Part shown: one piece after another, positions 1-11,115 of the stretch | How the letters are laid out: each line of letters starts with the position of its first letter | How positions within the stretch are numbered: the stretch's first letter is position 1 | DNA from: Antedon mediterranea | Taxonomy: Eukaryota > Animalia > Echinodermata | NCBI RefSeq assembly: GCF_964355755.1 | Contig: NC_092673.1 | Location: forward strand, 32,733,648 to 32,797,647 | Reading direction: 5' to 3' | Length of the DNA: 64,000 nt | Made by a program: the position numbers and the translations under genes | The notes under the pieces: generated by a model | Databases searched by the model: none | Told to the model about the DNA's origin: nothing | What the model saw: only the letters and a program-made list of their open reading frames with translations

Positions 1-153
1 AATGTGACATCAGAGTGTAGAACGCTATGGTTATGCAAATTATTACAAAAAGCCCTCGCAGTATTAACCAATTGCTGCAAAGTTAGAATTTCAATAAATT
101 GAATATTTGTCTCTTTCTTCATACCTCATCACATTTAATAGAGCGCATATCCA

Positions 154-722
154 AGTAGTGTACATGGAGGTATAGTCAGTCGTGATTATAACAATGGTTA
201 ACAATGGGGGTAGTATAAGACAATAGAGAATATCATTTCACTAGAATTGTTATATAGAATTGTTATATATTAATATACATTATAATATAAAATTAATAAA
301 TATTAAATAAAAATGATATGGTAATTTAGTTACTTGTGATGAGAACAAATGGTTTACAATGGTTGAAGTCAATAGGTGTTATGTTTCGGATTATAATACA
401 ATGGTTAACATAGGGTAAGGAAGTGAGACAATATAGTTTTTGTAAGATTTGAATTAGTCATAGTCAATAAAGATGCACCTGGTTAATTAAAACTAGTTAA
501 TTGAGGTTTTTGCTTGATGTATGCCGACATAATCCAAAGACATAAGTTATTTGATCCGGATATTATAACAATGACTAAAACAAAAAGATAAGAATGAATG
601 AAGTTAAATAATAAGTATGTCTTGATTGAACTATACCGACAGGTAATTAACCATCTTCCGGATTTGTTAACAAAGGAGAGAAATCGAAATCAGTGACACG
701 GCGTTTGACATACTAAAGTTTA
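154..722 (+). repeat. Left terminal inverted repeat of the Polinton (569 bp)
   Basis: Reverse complement of 13498-14066; line-by-line comparison shows 2 substitutions (near 308 and 332). Confidence 0.97.
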
Positions 723-947
723 CTGTAACTTATCTATACAATTTTAACTTTAATTTAAATCATAAAAGGAAAAAACAAAAGAAATAAAAACGACGCTTCT
801 GATGTCATGCATAAATTAATTTGTTATGTTTAAATATCGGGGGGGGGGGGTATAATTTGAAATTCTATGTCAGTGTTATCAATTACATCGAAGTCACTCA
901 AACTCTAGTACTAGTTCCAAAGTATTAACGCTACACGAGGTTAAAAG

Positions 948-3900
948 ATGAATTCTAACGTGCATACCGGTAATGAACAAGAATTTGAAGACAGCAGTCT
1001 TAGCGGTAACGAGGAATTTTTGTTAGAAATTCTTGATGACAACGATGAAATGGTAAGTTGAATCAATTTGTACTAAAAAATGTACGTATATTATTTTCCA
1101 AATGTTATTAAGAATGACTTCTTTGTTCTGTCTGTTACATGGGTTTTGTTATTTAATTTTCAGATTCGATGTATAGAAGAGTTAATTGATGATCAGAACG
1201 AATTATGTAATGAAATGGTAAGTTACTAGTCTATAAAGTTATTTTTAAAATGGTTATAATATATGATATTTAGTCTAATATACAAATTGTAACATTTTGT
1301 ATTACAGTACGGTATTTTGAATAGAAGCAGTAATAACGAAGAAGATATGATTGAATTTAATTATGAAGGAGTAGGAAAATACCGTAAAGTAATGGTAAGT
1401 TCTTTTTTTAAACATTGTTTTTTTTTTGTTTTTTTTTTATAAATAGTATAATTATGTAAGATATATTGTTCTTAGTCTGTCTGTTTTATTCATATTTTAG
1501 CACGGTAAGAGAAGAGGAGAGAAAAGATATTACGAGAATAATGAAGAAGATAATAATGAATTTGACGAGGAATTAGTGCAGCATGGCGCTGGAAATTTTC
1601 GTAAACAAATGGTAAGCTTGTACGGTTGTTTCTTCTTTACTTATAGATCTTTATTTATTTATTTTTTTCAATGATAAAATATAATATAAATGGAGTAAAT
1701 TGTTATTATTATTTTTTCTTGTATTTTAGCCTGTTAAGAGACCTCGCATTGATTCAGAGGAAGAGCAAGAGGATGAGCGTAACATAAGGGATGTAAATGT
1801 TGAAGATCTTTGTATTATAAGGAGACTTAGAGATAAGTTCAACAAACGTTTTAATTTATTTTCAAGTGATCATTTAGTTACTTTAGTAGGGTTAGACCAA
1901 TTTCGTGTTATTGATGTTTTACCTTTATTAGTTAAGATATTTGAACATGTGCTGAATATATTATGCCAAAATGTTCAGCCACATGATAGAGTTAGGCTTG
2001 TTATTAACGCTAACGGTTTAGATATACCAATTTCCTTACCTTTTTTATTGAGAGAACATCTAACGCCAGAATTCATTTTAGCTGAAATTACTAAAGTCCT
2101 TCAATCGCACATGGATATTTTAGTGGGGGATGGGTTAACCTTTAACATTCAACACATATCCATGCCGTTTGGAGGCGGTAGTAATAAATTCTTAAAAAAA
2201 GGTATTGATAAAACCAAAAAAGGTGCGCGATGTTTAATTAGAATTCAAAATGAAAACGACGAACAAATTTGCTGCGCGAGAGCTATTGTCACAGGTGTTT
2301 CATGGTTGGAAGATAAATTAAATAATAGAAAGCGATGGGATAGTATTAGACGGGGTTTTAATTTACAAAAAGAAGCGGCTGAAAGTCTTTTATCGAAGGC
2401 TGGGGTAGATAAGGGTCCTTGTGGGATAACTCAGCTTATACGTTTTCAGGAAGCGTTACCAAATTATCAAATTATCGTTATCTCCAAGGATAATTTACAT
2501 TCGATTATATTCAGTGGCAAACATAGAGAAAAACAAATTTATTTGTATCACCACGATAACCACTATGACTTAATAACTAAATTAACTGCATTTTTTTAAG
2601 TAAGATACTTTTGCAACTTGTGTTTCAAAGGTTACAACAATAAATTTGAACATAAATGTAAATTCAGTTGTGAGCTATGTTGCTCCAATGATTGCACTCC
2701 TTCATTGGAATCCGTAACTATCATTTCATGTAATGAATGTAATCGTTCTTTTAAAAATCAAAAATGTTTTAACAATCACAAATCTTCAAAAAATGGTACA
2801 AAAACGGTTTGTGATATTAAAAAAATCTGTAAGGAGTGCAATCGTTTCATTAAGAAGGATCATAAATGCAATGAATATACGTGTAAAGTATGTAATCTAA
2901 AAGTCCAAACAGGTCATCTTTGCTACATGAAAAAAGTAATTGATAAGAAAACTAACAAAACTAACGATGTAGATAAGAAGTCTGTGGAAAAATATTTCTT
3001 TTTCGATTTTGAATGTACCCAAGAAACGGGGGTTCACAATCCTAATTTATGCGTTTTACAAAAAACTTGTTTAAATTGTATAACAGAAGATAAGGACTCT
3101 GATCAATGCGAAATTTGGTACAATAAAAAACAAAACGAAATATTTAGCCTCAGACAAGAACTAACCGATTATTGTATCAGTGATGTTGATATTTTAAGAA
3201 AGTGTTGTCTAACTTTTAGACATATCTTTAAACAAGTAACGGTACTCAATGATACTGTCGATAAAGACGGGGTTGATCCATTTTCAAACGGGCTTATTAC
3301 AATAGCATCAGCATGTAGTTACGTTTTTGCCCGAAATTTTTTAAAACCTGATTCAATTGCCATATTCCCTCCATCAAATTTTGAAACTATTGATAACCAT
3401 TCTTTTATGAGTATGGAATGGTTATCCTACGAATCTAAACGTAGAGGAATCAATATTCACCATGCACGAAACGGTGGTGAAAAAGTATTTGGACCATATA
3501 AAATTGACGGGGCTTCTTTTGATCCTAATATTATATTTGAATTTATGGGGTGTATGTTCCACGGTTGTAAAAAATGCTATCGATCAGATACCAAAAATCC
3601 CTTTACCGGAGTTACTATGGCTGACTCGTATCTGACAACAATAAAAAAATCAGAATTTCTGAAACAAAATTTTCCCCAATTCGAGTATGTAGAAATATGG
3701 GAACATGAGTGGAAGGAGCTTAAACGCTCTTTACCTCCTCTTTATCGACAGGAGATACTTGATGTGCCTTACATTCACCCCACACTTAATCCAAGAGATG
3801 CTTTCTTTGGTGGAAGGACGAATGCTGCGCGATTATTCTACGAGGCTAACGAAGATGAAGAAATTCATTACGTTGATTTCACTAGCCTCTATCCGTATTG

Positions 3901-5149
3901 TAACAAATACGGAACATATCCCGTCGGTCACCCCGAAATTTTGGCATCTAAAAACATGTCGACGGATATTAATGACTATTTTGGTCTAATTAAATGCACG
4001 ATTGAACCACCCAAACATTTACTACATCCTGTATTACCATACAGGTTTAATGGTAAACTCATGTTTCCATTATGTCGCACGTGCGTAGAAAATCAATGCC
4101 AAGTGTCGTGTACACATTCTACTGACGAAAGGACTTTGGATGGTAGCTGGGTTACCACCGAAGTTCAGAAAGCAGTAGAAATGGGGTATAAAATTACCAA
4201 AGTACATGTAGCTTGGCACTTTCACCAAAGAAGCGAATATAATCATACTAACCCCTCATCGGGCTTGTTCACTAATTATATTAACACATTTTTGAAATTA
4301 AAGCAGGAATCCTCAGGTTGGCCTGATTGGTGTATTTCTGACGCTGCCAAATAGAAATACATCAATCAGTATGAAGAAAAAGAAGGGATAAAATTAAATC
4401 CCGATAAAATTGAATATAACCCAGGATTAAGATCCTTGGCCAAACTCATGTTAAATTCTTTTTGGGGAAAGTTTGGCCAGAAGGAAAACCAGTCTAAAAC
4501 GCTTTACACCAACAATCCTAATGATGTATACGATCTTCTCTCTGACCCAGAGGTAATTGTAAATGACCTTAATCTAATCAATGAAAATTTGGCCGAATTG
4601 AAATATCAAAATGAAGAGAAATCAATAACTGTTAACAAAAAAGTTAACGTGGTAATTGCAGCTTTTACCACGGCCACAGCTAGATTAAAGCTGTACGAAT
4701 TGTTAGAACATTTACAAGATCGTGTACTTTATTACGATACGGATTCTTGCGTTTTCGTTACTAATAAAACTAACCCTGATGATTGGCAACCATCGCTTGG
4801 TGATTATTTGGGTGAATTAACTAATGAAATAGATCTCAAAGACGGAAAATATATCTCGTGCTTCGTTTCGGGTGGTCCGAAAAACTATGTTTATAAACTG
4901 GATTCAGGCAAAACTGTCTGCAAAGTCAAAGGTTTGACTCTAAATTTTAAAAATGCTAAGAAAGTAAACTTTGAAACAGTAAGTAGTATGGTAAGAGGAA
5001 TCGGACCAGAAAAAATAACAACAAAAACCCGAGACCCAAAATCTTGTTCAATTATTAATACATCATCTAGCAAAGATTACCGGATTGTGTACGATAAAAG
5101 AATAATAATAGAGGATTACAAAACTGTCCCATACGGTTATGTTTGGTAA
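948..5149 (+). pseudogene. polB: Protein-primed B-family DNA polymerase (pPolB); exons 948-1052, 1164-1217, 1308-1394, 1501-1611, 1730-5149; disrupted
   Basis: Motifs FFDFECTQ (ExoI), YCISDVDIL (ExoIII), YVDFTSLYP, KLMLNSFWGKFGQ, YYDTDS, GPKNY; Cys-rich region; endonuclease-like insert IDG...EFMGCMFHGC...IWEHEW. ORFs 1949, 2618 and 4436 share one frame separated by in-frame stops at 2597-2599 and 4352-4354. The ExoII region appears deleted near 3110. Four upstream GT-AG introns, all phase 0. Confidence 0.92.
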
Positions 5150-5355
5150 CTTCTATACTCACACGTATATTTATTGTGTTTAGGACCCTAATTGTATTTA
5201 TTTTATTTTATTTTATTGTAATTATTTATCTACTTATTTTTTTCCTTTCACTTAAAATAAAATACAGAAGTGGTTATCGCGGTGATATAAATAAATTTAT
5301 TTTTCTCTGTTCATAATTAAACAAATTTGCAACTGTGCATGTTTAAAAAAAATGA

Positions 5356-5946
5356 ATTCTTTCGTTAGATGTTAATTTTTTTTTGTTACTTATTCTTAGG
5401 ATTTTAAATTCAAGTAAATAGTTCAGTAGTTAGTTATTAGTTTAAGTTATAATTTTTTTTTTATTTATATTTTTTTAAGTAAGATGATCACTTGAACGTT
5501 GAACTTATCTATTAGTACTCATTTTTAAGTAATTCGTTTATTCTTTGTTTTATATATATATATATTTTTAAAATTTAAATTCAAATAATTTTGTAAAATT
5601 TATGTAATCGGTTTGTGCAATAACTTTGTAAATATCTATTTTATATTAAATTTCTTTCGTTAGATGTTAATTTTTTTTTTGTTACTTATTCTTAGGATTT
5701 TAAAATCAAGTAAATAGTTCAGTAGTTAGTTATTAGTTTAAGTTATCATTATTTTTATTTATATTTTTTTAAGTAAGATGATCACTTGAACGTTGAACTT
5801 ATCTATTAGTACTCATTTTTAAGTAATTAGTTTATTCTTTGTTTTATATATATATATTTTTTTTTTAAATTTAAATTCAAATAATTTTGTAAATTCTATG
5901 TATTCGGTTTGTGCAATAACTTTCTAAATATCTATTTTATATTAAT
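5356..5946 (+). repeat. Tandem duplication of a ~295-bp AT-rich non-coding unit between polB and ATPase
   Basis: ttcgttagatgttaa...aaatatctattttatattaa occurs twice (~5356-5650 and ~5651-5946) with few differences. Confidence 0.9.
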
Positions 5947-6131
5947 TGTACAATAATTATTTCATTGATTAATTTACTGTACATAATGTAAAAAACAAAT
6001 ACGCATTAGTGTTAATGTGAATAAAGATTTAGATTTACGTTTTAAACATTGATTCAGTTTTATTGTTTAATTCGTGTCAAATAAGATGTTATAAAACGCA
6101 ATTATTTAACTAAATTACCGTCATAATTGTA

Positions 6132-6767
6132 ATGGCGAGTCCTTTGATAACACCTTTCACCGCAGTTATTAGCGGTCCGACATCTTCGGGTAAATCCGTC
6201 TTTGTAAGGAAATTGATTGAAAATAATTATTTCAATAAACCCTTTGACGATATTACATGGTGCTATGGTGAATATCAGAATTTATTTTCGGAATTAAGTA
6301 CAGCTGTATCAAATATAAGTTTTATGGAAGGTATACCTATCGAAACATTAGATGCGTTTGATTCGAGTAAAAATCATTTAGTAATTATAGATGATTTGAT
6401 GACAGAATGCAGTAGCGATAAAAGAGTCGTTAATTTGTTTACCAAAGGGTCTCATCATAGAAACATTTCAGTGATATTTATAATGCAAAATTTCTTCTAC
6501 GGTTCCAAAGAAATCCGTACCATTACTTTGAATGCTCATTATATCGTACTTTTTAAAAATCCACGGGATAAAACGCAAATATTGAATTTATCGAAACAAA
6601 TGTATCCTGGCAAAGGGCGGTTCTTACAAGAGGCATTTAATGACGCTACGCGTGAATCGTACGGATACCTATTCATTGATCTCAAACCATATACGTCGGA
6701 AGAAATGAGAATACGAACAAATATCTTTTCAGTAGATAAACATTATGCTTACGTACCAAAAGTATAA
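6132..6767 (+). CDS. A32/FtsK-like DNA packaging ATPase
   Basis: Walker A GPTSSGKS, Walker B LVIIDDLM, FTKGSHHRNISV and LFKNPRD motifs typical of Polinton ATPases; intact ORF. Confidence 0.95.
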   Translation: MASPLITPFTAVISGPTSSGKSVFVRKLIENNYFNKPFDDITWCYGEYQNLFSELSTAVSNISFMEGIPIETLDAFDSSKNHLVIIDDLMTECSSDKRVVNLFTKGSHHRNISVIFIMQNFFYGSKEIRTITLNAHYIVLFKNPRDKTQILNLSKQMYPGKGRFLQEAFNDATRESYGYLFIDLKPYTSEEMRIRTNIFSVDKHYAYVPKV

Positions 6768-6815
6768 CACATGTGATTTGAAATTATTCTATTCATTCCA
6801 ATACAAACTCACAAC

Positions 6816-7143
6816 ATGTCAAAACGTATCAAAAAGAACGCAGAGACTTTAAAGTTTTTAGCTAAAATGTACGCCTAAACAAAGAAAGGCCCTGCTTGAG
6901 AATGCCGACAGTCAATTAGTAACAGCAATCTGTGAGTGTGCAAAGAACATCTTAAAAGGTAGTGTACCGGTGTCTAGTGCTCATAAGAAGAAGTTGGCGA
7001 AGCATAGGAAACACTTGCGTGATATTTCCAATAAAGCTATACCTACGCTTCGACGTAAGCGTATACAACTTCAAAAGGGAGGATTTCTTGGTCTTATTTT
7101 GAAACCTATATTACAGACTCTGGGCGGATTACTTTTGGAATAA
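6816..7143 (+). pseudogene. Conserved small basic Polinton protein with C-terminal QKGGFLG amphipathic helix; +1 frameshift
   Basis: ATG at 6816 gives MSKRIKKNAETLKFLAK; removing one A in gctaaaatgt (~6864-6867) continues CTPKQRKALLENAD...ICECAKNILKGSVP...QKGGFLGLILKPILQTLGGLLLE to TAA 7141-7143. Absent from the ORF track. Confidence 0.8.
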
Positions 7144-7144
7144 A

Positions 7145-7906
7145 ATGGAGCACACAAAAAAATTGATTGTAGTTCCTCAAGAATTGGCAAATACATTGCT
7201 ACATAGCAAGCACTATGAACAAAAGCACAAAACAATAACTAACGGATTAGACGACTCTATGCAGACTATTCTTAATAGACAGGATATTAGCGATCACGAT
7301 AAAATCACAATGTACAATCAAGTACTTCAGCGTTTTTTAAATAAAGAGAAGCCTGTTAACAACCCTTCACCTATGAATATAAATATGCATGGACCTCTTA
7401 ATGACGAAGACAAGAATGATGAATCGACAGAAGCAATTAAGGATGATTCGATGACAAAAGAAGTATTGCAAAGCATGCCTATATCGTTAAAATCAAAAAC
7501 TAAGACATTTTTAGATCGAATAGACCGATACAGAAATATGGGTATTTTAGATTGGACAAAATACGGTGAAATGATCATCGAAGGAGAATTGCTAAAGGGT
7601 AGTAATTTATTTGATTTAACCAAAGATATGATACAAGAAAGGCGAGGATTTGAACCAGTGGGGTGGAAAGAATTTATATCGTTGTTGGCTAAGTTGAACA
7701 CGCCAGAAAGTTTGATTGGAAATGCTACACGACGCAACATGTTGCAACGTCTAAAATCTGGTGAAATAACCCCTCTTTCAAAAACCACATCTACAAAATC
7801 TAAACGACTTGAAAGATTTGATGACGACGATGACGATGAAGATAAAAAATATACTATTACTAAAAAGAAACGTACTAAAACTAAACCGAAATGGCTTGGA
7901 TTCTAA
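7145..7906 (+). CDS. Conserved Polinton protein of unknown function
   Basis: MEHTKKLIVVP start, KITMYNQVLQRFL, W...GE...GSN..DL, PVGWKEF..L.KLN.PESLIGN; typical position after the ATPase and small gene. Confidence 0.8.
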   Translation: MEHTKKLIVVPQELANTLLHSKHYEQKHKTITNGLDDSMQTILNRQDISDHDKITMYNQVLQRFLNKEKPVNNPSPMNINMHGPLNDEDKNDESTEAIKDDSMTKEVLQSMPISLKSKTKTFLDRIDRYRNMGILDWTKYGEMIIEGELLKGSNLFDLTKDMIQERRGFEPVGWKEFISLLAKLNTPESLIGNATRRNMLQRLKSGEITPLSKTTSTKSKRLERFDDDDDDEDKKYTITKKKRTKTKPKWLGF

Positions 7907-8087
7907 TCAATGTTATAAAATGTTTTTTTCAGTTATTAAATGTATTCATTATTCAAATTTATTTCGTTGTTTGTTGTTTTCTTTCTTTCATTATTTACTA
8001 ACCAACGCGTAATAAAGATACATACACATATTTTTTTTTTTTTCAACATTTAAATTTTAATACCAATATGAAAAAGACAACACTTAA

Positions 8088-8615
8088 TTAAAATATGTTA
8101 GTTAACATTTTGACAAATTGTATTTTTATATACTCCTTATCATACACCGGTAGGTTAACATCGTATCTACGTTCTACAAAATCATTAACATGTGCATCGT
8201 TAGTATTCTTATCTTTAGTGAACATATTAACTATATTTGAGGTGTCAATACCTCTACATTTATGAACAATATAAAAAATACAATATTGACCACAGACGGT
8301 CGACAATGGAGCCTGTAAACCCGTATCATTAAAAGTCCACGTGTTTACCGTACGATTTAGAAAATTTACAAAATGATTACTGTAATATTGAGGCGAATGT
8401 CCGAATGAATCAAAAAATTCACCCTCGTTAATATTGTTTAGAAAAAAAGCGACCCAATGCGAACCGTTTTGACTACTATCATCAACATTCGCTATGTAAG
8501 CACTAGGGTAACTTTTTATTCTTTTAGGTAACAAATCTGAAGGATATACACCTCGAAAGTATCTTTGAGTTAATGGATCAGATTTAACTAGTTTTAAAAG
8601 TTGCACAGTATCCAT
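8088..8615 (-). CDS. Adenain-like (C5 family) cysteine protease
   Basis: GSHWVAF (His), FFDSFG (Asp), Q...STVCGQYC (Gln/Cys); intact ORF. Confidence 0.95.
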   Translation of the reverse strand: MDTVQLLKLVKSDPLTQRYFRGVYPSDLLPKRIKSYPSAYIANVDDSSQNGSHWVAFFLNNINEGEFFDSFGHSPQYYSNHFVNFLNRTVNTWTFNDTGLQAPLSTVCGQYCIFYIVHKCRGIDTSNIVNMFTKDKNTNDAHVNDFVERRYDVNLPVYDKEYIKIQFVKMLTNIF

Positions 8616-8624
8616 GATTTTTTT

Positions 8625-9931
8625 TTAAAAGTCTAAAATTACGTTACGAGACTTATCGATTTCTATTAATGAATCAAATTCTGAATAAACTATTACGTTA
8701 ATTGTTTCGACTAAAGCTGTAGCAAATTGAATTTCAAGACGTATATTGCCGTGTTTAATTAAATTGAAATGTCCACTGCTTGATAAATCGGGTGTAAGGT
8801 CGAATGCAAACAACGTGTATCCTCTGGCGTAGTCTTCTCTGGATATTTGATTTCCCGTGTCGTCGAATAATGTATTTAATCCGGAGAATAAACTTTGATA
8901 GGCTAAAATATAACTTCCTTCACCGTTTGCTTCAAAATTAGGCTTTAATGGTTTCCAAGGTATTTGCTCACCGTCCAAATATAAGGATATAAAATTTGTG
9001 TTAAAGTGTTGAAAATTAAATGGATTTTTGCTATAATCACCGTTGAAAGCGTCGGTTCCTACTAATCCTACCACTAAGCGTTTCGGTAGATTCCCGTTGT
9101 ACAGCGACTCTCGGGTAAAGGAAAGGTTCCCCCGCGGTATCGACAGCGTTTTAACCGCGACCCGCCGAAGAGGGTATTTAGCTGACCCGCGCTCCAGCGC
9201 TTTTGCATGAGCCAACGCTATAGATGGATTTAGTTTCACTTTTCGTACGTAAATAGATGCAGCTTCTAACTGTAACTTATAACCAGCTTGTGCACCGGAT
9301 GACATCAAACAGAATGCGTTTTTACTTCGATGCAGTTTTAATTTAATGTCAACTCCATTAAGCATCATACGATCTTGAAAGAATATATCGCAATGAATAG
9401 GTCCTATCAAATCAACCAATCGACTTCCTCGTTTTTTAAGTCCTTGATTCGCAGCAGCATCGTCTAAAGTTGGATTTGCTACATCCATTCTACCCGCTGT
9501 ATCTTTATAAAACAATCCACCTGTAAGGTGAGTTTCCTTCGCGTCAGCACCGTACGTTAACAAGGTTTCAATCATCGCTCTGTACGAATAAGTGTTATTC
9601 GATGGAGTAATTAATCTCTCATTCAAAGAAACGTCAACTTCATTGAATAAGGACTGTAGTAGTAAATTAGTTGGTCCAACAGGATCGTCAGCATGCAAAT
9701 CTGTTCCATCGCCTCTTGTAATTTTAACGTTAACGCGTAGCATAGTCTGTGATAAATCTACGTATTCTTCGGTGGAACCTTGAATGTTAAATTGAACCGG
9801 TCCTGTATCGGTAATACTATTGAAAGGATGATACTGAACCCATTTGTTATACTTGTTTGAGTCGGTGGAACAGAAAACAAATCCAATTCTGACTTTAAAC
9901 ATTCGCAAGATTGTTTGTGTACGTACGCCAT
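8625..9931 (-). pseudogene. Double jelly-roll major capsid protein, frameshifted near its 5' end
   Basis: True start at 9931 MAYVHKQSCECLKSELDLFSVPPTQTSITNG (inside ORF 9758..10003), frameshift at ~9840 into WVQYHP...YVDLSQT...KNPFNFQHF...FDLTPD of ORF 8625..9908. Confidence 0.9.
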
Positions 9932-9944
9932 AGTAATTATATTA

Positions 9945-10325
9945 TTAATCAAATATATCGGAGGATCTTCTCGCTCTCTTAGTTCTTCTTCGACTGACTT
10001 CATTGCTTTTTCGCTTTCTCTTTTTATTCACTTTTCCGCTACCATTCTGAGAAACAATTCGTTTACCGGCTTGCGTAATTCTACGTTTTGCAGCTTGTTT
10101 GATATTTTGCCCACTTATAGCATCCTCCATTATTTCGGCTCCGGTTCGTAACGCTTGTTTTCCTAGAGTTTTGGCACCCTTTTTTAAAAGCGGTACAGCT
10201 TTTTTGAACAAACCAGACAACATTCCACCTAATCCGTACCCTCTCTGATTAGATGATCCATGAAATACAGGTAGGCTTAAACCGCCAGCTTGACCTACGT
10301 AGTAATCCTCATACGCGTTAGGCAT
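9945..10325 (-). CDS. Basic core/virion protein of Polintons with QxGxG motifs
   Basis: YEDYYVGQAGG, QRGYGLGGMLSGLFKKAVPLLK helix, Lys/Arg-rich tail ending DIFD; lies between mCP and MCP. Confidence 0.8.
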   Translation of the reverse strand: MPNAYEDYYVGQAGGLSLPVFHGSSNQRGYGLGGMLSGLFKKAVPLLKKGAKTLGKQALRTGAEIMEDAISGQNIKQAAKRRITQAGKRIVSQNGSGKVNKKRKRKSNEVSRRRTKRARRSSDIFD

Positions 10326-10327
10326 GA

Positions 10328-11104
10328 TTAAATGAGATGCGATGATCTACTCTGTCGAAAATGAAGCTTCACTAAAACATTCCCACGTTGAAATGATACT
10401 TTCTCACCAGTGTCACTCCTTATATCTATCGAAATGGTATCAATTTCTTTTTTGATTAAACGCTTGTAGTGAGGCATCATGTATTCGTGAGAAGTAACGT
10501 TTCTCATTTGACTCTCCTTGGTTTGTACAATTCTCAATAAAGGAACGCTTACATCTCCAACTCGTTGATGTTCGATCACGTCTGTATAAACGTATAAACC
10601 AGGTACACGATGATGAAGATTAATCGGATGATTGCCTGTAACATTTGAATTTAATAGAATCGAAGATATGTCGAATCCCAATAACGTTTGCATACCTCCT
10701 AACGACGTTATAGATGTCAGAATATCGGTTGAAATATTAACTTTTTCCGATACAGAATTGAATTTAAACCTTATGTTATCATCCAACTTCTTTTTTCTTA
10801 AAGCAGAGTTTATCGTATCAATCAGTTTCGAACCTGAACTATAATATCCGCTTGTAATTTCGATTTTGTATTCCATCGTTGCTGTTTCTATTTGAGAAAC
10901 GTTTAATCGTATCCAAATTTTATTGTTTGTATCGTCTACATTGTACCACGTATGTGGGTATTGTATTTCAGTTAAACCAACTTCCCACTCGCCTTTTAAT
11001 CGTATCGACTCGGCTAATTTTGTAGTGTAACTTGTAAGTGTATTTTCCGGAAAATAATTCAATGAACTATTGCTCGGTAGTGAGACGTGAAACTGAGATG
11101 ACAT
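10328..11104 (-). CDS. Minor capsid (penton) protein
   Basis: Likely start at 11104 MSSQFHVSLPSNSS; YFPENT, WEVGLTEIQYP, YVYTDVIEHQRVGDVSVPLLR, VKLHFR. Confidence 0.88.
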   Translation of the reverse strand: MSSQFHVSLPSNSSLNYFPENTLTSYTTKLAESIRLKGEWEVGLTEIQYPHTWYNVDDTNNKIWIRLNVSQIETATMEYKIEITSGYYSSGSKLIDTINSALRKKKLDDNIRFKFNSVSEKVNISTDILTSITSLGGMQTLLGFDISSILLNSNVTGNHPINLHHRVPGLYVYTDVIEHQRVGDVSVPLLRIVQTKESQMRNVTSHEYMMPHYKRLIKKEIDTISIDIRSDTGEKVSFQRGNVLVKLHFRQSRSSHLI

Positions 11105-11115
11105 GATGCTCGTGT

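Noticed and set aside
1949-5149. Three separate genes, or programmed readthrough, in polB
   Set aside because: All are in one frame with polymerase sequence continuing across single stops; with the other lesions, nonsense mutation is the simpler explanation.
9840-9908. ORF-track N-terminus of the major capsid protein (MRMFKVRIG...)
   Set aside because: The conserved N-terminus (KSELDLF..PPTQTSI) is in another frame starting at 9931; this is a frameshifted gene.
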